Source: an uncultured cyanobacterium (GTDB taxonomy: Bacteria; Cyanobacteriota; Cyanobacteriia; Cyanobacteriales; CAWCAG01). From it: a stretch of 64,000 nt of DNA. The stretch lies in the NCBI GenBank assembly GCA_963803805.1, contig CAWDOD010000007.1, positions 128,001 through 192,000 on the forward strand, written 5' to 3'. Made by a program: the position numbers and the translations under genes. The notes under the pieces are model-generated. The model searched no databases. It was given only the letters and a program-made list of their open reading frames with translations, and was not told where the DNA came from. Within the stretch, counting starts at the first letter, position 1. Every line of letters begins with the position of its first letter. Shown here in pieces: positions 60,852 through 64,000 of this stretch.

Positions 60852-63198
60852 ATGGGTAGATTAGTAATTTTAAAGTTAGATGGCAATTTGCATTCAATAG
60901 GTTTTCGAGTAACCTTAGAAGTAGAATCAAGAAGGTCATCGTTTTGGGGACTTACAAGGAAATTTACCTGCTAATCCAGAATTAGTAGAAAAGTTACAGG
61001 AGCATTGGTTAGAAAATTATCGTAAAATTGGTTCCCCGGCACGTATTAAAGTTAAGAAAGTTACTTATAGTGGTTCTGTTAATAAGTTGGTTGAAGAGTC
61101 AGGTAAACAACTTAAAAAAAGTTTGAACCAATGGCTTGCTTCACCGGAATTCAGTGAAATCAACAACTATTTACGCACAGTATTAAGCCCCAGTGAAGTA
61201 ATTCGTTTCTTAATTCGTACTGATGATACAAATGTTTTGAAACTTCCCTGGGAAGAGTGGCAATTCTTTGTAGATTATCCCAAAGCAGAAGTCGGCTACG
61301 GGGGAACTAAGTTTAGTAAACCACAACAGGTTGTTACAAAAAAAAAGCCAGCTAAGGTTCGTATCTTGGCAATCTTGGGACATAGTGAAGGTATTAACCT
61401 CGAAGCAGATGAACGGCTGTTGCGGAGTTTGCCAGGGGCTGATGAACCTGTATTTTTAGTACAACCGAAACGTAAAGATATTAATGATAGTTTGTGGGAA
61501 CAACCTTGGGATATTATATTTTTTGCCGGACATAGTATTACCGAAAATGACGAGGGAAAGATTTATCTTAATGATGAGGAAAGTTTAACCATTGATGAAT
61601 TGTGGCACGCTTTAAGAAAAGCAGTCAACAATGGCTTAAAATTAGCTATATTCAACTCCTGCGACGGTTTAGGCTTAGCTAAACGCCTAGATGACATTAA
61701 CATTCCGCAAATGATTGTTATGCGGGAGTTAGTACCAGACAAAGTTGCCCAACAATTTCTTAAATACTTCCTCAGCGCCTTTTCTGGTGGCAAACCCTTT
61801 TATTTAGCAGCAAGGGAAGCGAGGGAACAGTTGCATTGGTTAGAAGAGGAGTTTCCTTGTGCTACTTGGTTGCCAGTGATTTTTCAAAATGTCGGTGAAG
61901 CCGCTTTGACTTGGGAAGAGTTAAAGGGAGCTAAGAAGCCTAAATCAGCTTTGCAGGATCTTTCTTGGCGACGGGGTTTGCAAATGGTATTGCTAACCAG
62001 TTTGGTGGTTACTAGTTGTGTGGTGGGGTTGCGATCGCAGTCTGTTTTTAAGCCATTGGAGTTGAAAGCGTTTGATCACCTGATGCAGCAAAGGAAAGAT
62101 CAAGGGTCTGATCCTCGTATTTTAGTTGTAGAAATAACGGATGCAGATCAAAGGCTTCCGGAACAAAAAGGTAAAAAGCAAGGTTCCTCTATTTCTGACT
62201 TTGCACTAGAGAAACTTTTAGACAAGCTAGAATCATATCAACCACGAGTAATAGGTTTAACGCTATTTCGCGATCCTCCTGACTACGCACCAGAATTACC
62301 AGAACTTAAAGAACGTTTTCAAAAAAGCAAAGTCCTTTACGGAATTTGCAATGTAGATGAATTAGGAGATGGAGAAAGAGGATTTTTGCCTCCTCCAACC
62401 TTACCAGAAAAGCGTCTAGGTTTTACTAATGGTATAGGTGATGACGACAATGTAATCCGCCGCTCTATCCTGTTTATGGATACACCTGCAACGTCAGTTT
62501 GCCCAACATCTTTTTCTATTACCCTTAAGCTAGTAGAAGCATATTTGGAACAAGAAAGTATTCCGCATCCAGTAATTAAGCTGCCGAAACACTCTAACGA
62601 TAGTTTGTATATAGGCAATGTGCTAATTCCTAATTTACGCTACAATCCAGGAATTTATGGAAATAGCGATGATGATAATTGGGGATATAAATCAATTATT
62701 AATTATCGGTCTTATCGTTCTGTTTTGGAAATAGCAGACAAAGTTAGCTTAGAAGATATTTTAAGAGACAAAGTTATCTCGTCAAAAATAAAAAACAAGA
62801 TAATTTTGATCGGTTCAAATAAGAGCTTACCTGATAACAAACACCAGACCCCTTATAACCAGAAAATACCTGGTGTAATTCTTCAAGCACAAATGGTTAG
62901 TCAGCTTCTCAGTAGGGTTCTTGATGACCGACCTCTAATTGTTTTCTGGCCTCCCTGGCTGAATTTTATCTGGATTGCTGCTTGGTCTTTTTTAGGAGGT
63001 ATTTTAACCTGGTGTTTACGTTCCCAGTTTAATTTGTTAGTAGCAGTAATTATATCTTTAGCTTCTTTATATGGGGCTTGTTTGTATTTATTAACTCAAG
63101 GTTTTTGGATTCCCTTAATTCCTTCAGTTTTGACTTTATTTGGTACTGCTGCTGTAGTGCTTTCAATCATCAATTTGAAAAAATCTCGTTCAATATGA
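60852..63198 (+). CDS. CHAT (caspase-like) protease - TM - CHASE2 sensor - 3 TM protein; +1 frame break at ~60925-60971
   Basis: 'MGRLVILKLDG' start at 60852; 'LPWE', 'FFAGHS' (His 61531), 'FNSCDG' (Cys 61660); CHASE2 'LELKAFD..DPRILVVEI', 'PGVILQAQMVSQL'. Confidence 0.88.
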
Positions 63199-63950
63199 TA
63201 TTCAACAATTTGTTTGGCAAGTTTTTAAGCTTTCATTTAGTAGTTACCTTTCTACTAATCAACACAAATATTGTAGAAGCAAGAGTGTTAAAACCTCAAT
63301 TAACTAAACCTTCCTATGAATTGAATTGGTGGGAACATTTTCTTCTTACTGAGGATACAGGACAAGGAACATCAAAAGGACATCCTATAAATACAGGTAC
63401 TCGTACTCCTTGTGATTATAAACGATATCTAGAACCTTTAGTACTAATAGAACCACACTCTAAGACAACCGAATGGCGTTGGGGTTTCACTCGCAATGAA
63501 TACCCGACTTTTTGGGCTTACATTCCTTATCAAGCAGACATGATCAAGAAGATCACCTTTTCTTTGCGGGATGAACAAGAGAACATCATCTATGAAACAA
63601 ACCTAAACAAACCAGAAACCACAGGCATCATTAGCTTCACTCTGCCTAACACTGCAAAGCTACTTCCTAAAGGAGAATGGTATAAATGGTATTTATTTGT
63701 CGAAGCCAGTTGTAAACCTCAACAAACTGCTGAAATGTATGAAACTAGTGCTTGGATACAAAGAAGCGATGACCCTCAAATTCCCGAAACTGAGTTTGTT
63801 TACGATCGCCTGACAGACATCGCTAACCTTGCAGAAAGTCCCCAGAAGCCACAGCAATGGCAAACATTACTTGAATCACTAGGGTTAGACGAATATACTA
63901 ACGAACCAATTATTGTAGACTGCTGTCAACCACTAGAGGAACAAGAGTGA
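63195..63950 (+). CDS. secreted DUF928-like protein
   Basis: ATG overlaps the upstream TGA (ATGA); signal peptide; 'GTR..C', 'T..EYPTFWAYIPY', 'YKWY', 'W..LLESLGL'. Confidence 0.82.
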   Translation: MIFNNLFGKFLSFHLVVTFLLINTNIVEARVLKPQLTKPSYELNWWEHFLLTEDTGQGTSKGHPINTGTRTPCDYKRYLEPLVLIEPHSKTTEWRWGFTRNEYPTFWAYIPYQADMIKKITFSLRDEQENIIYETNLNKPETTGIISFTLPNTAKLLPKGEWYKWYLFVEASCKPQQTAEMYETSAWIQRSDDPQIPETEFVYDRLTDIANLAESPQKPQQWQTLLESLGLDEYTNEPIIVDCCQPLEEQE

Positions 63951-64000
63951 CAAACAGATTGGGTTGTATTGACACCATTTTCATACATCCGCCTCTAAAG

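Noticed and set aside
195-62038. Frequent GCGATCGC palindromes
   Set aside because: This is HIP1, a well-known cyanobacterial feature, used here only as a taxonomic clue

Overview
This is a chromosomal window from a cyanobacterium. The HIP1 octamer GCGATCGC recurs throughout, and it carries chlI, a CCB-type cytochrome b6f assembly gene, TGD/Mla lipid transport genes and pentapeptide-repeat genes. Housekeeping genes (M16 peptidase pair, tRNA-Ser(CGA), comEC, ispF, ilvD, trmFO, metF, dnaX, NAD kinase, dapL) are interleaved with accessory material. That material comprises a plant PR-1-like CAP protein, a Tat-exported two-domain multicopper oxidase with a His/acidic lipoprotein, two class III nucleotide cyclases (one a 1916-aa kinase-AAA-GAF-PAS-cyclase), an ABC-ATPase/TOPRIM-like (DUF4276-like) pair, an intact IS982-family element with a non-autonomous MITE sharing its ends, tandem internalin-like LRR genes and several gene relics. 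The best candidate for an uncharacterised system is the tightly coupled four-gene cluster at 59.2-63.95 kb: sigma-70-like factor, DUF1822-like protein, membrane-anchored CHAT (caspase-like) protease fused to a CHASE2 sensor, and a secreted DUF928-like protein. It reads like a protease-gated trans-membrane sigma-factor switch. Four single-nucleotide anomalies are either recoding/mutation or assembly errors and need read-level checking: an in-frame TGA in chlI, +1 frameshifts in dnaX and the CHAT-CHASE2 gene, and a compensated indel pair in a cyclase. All family assignments come from motif recognition by eye, not database searches.
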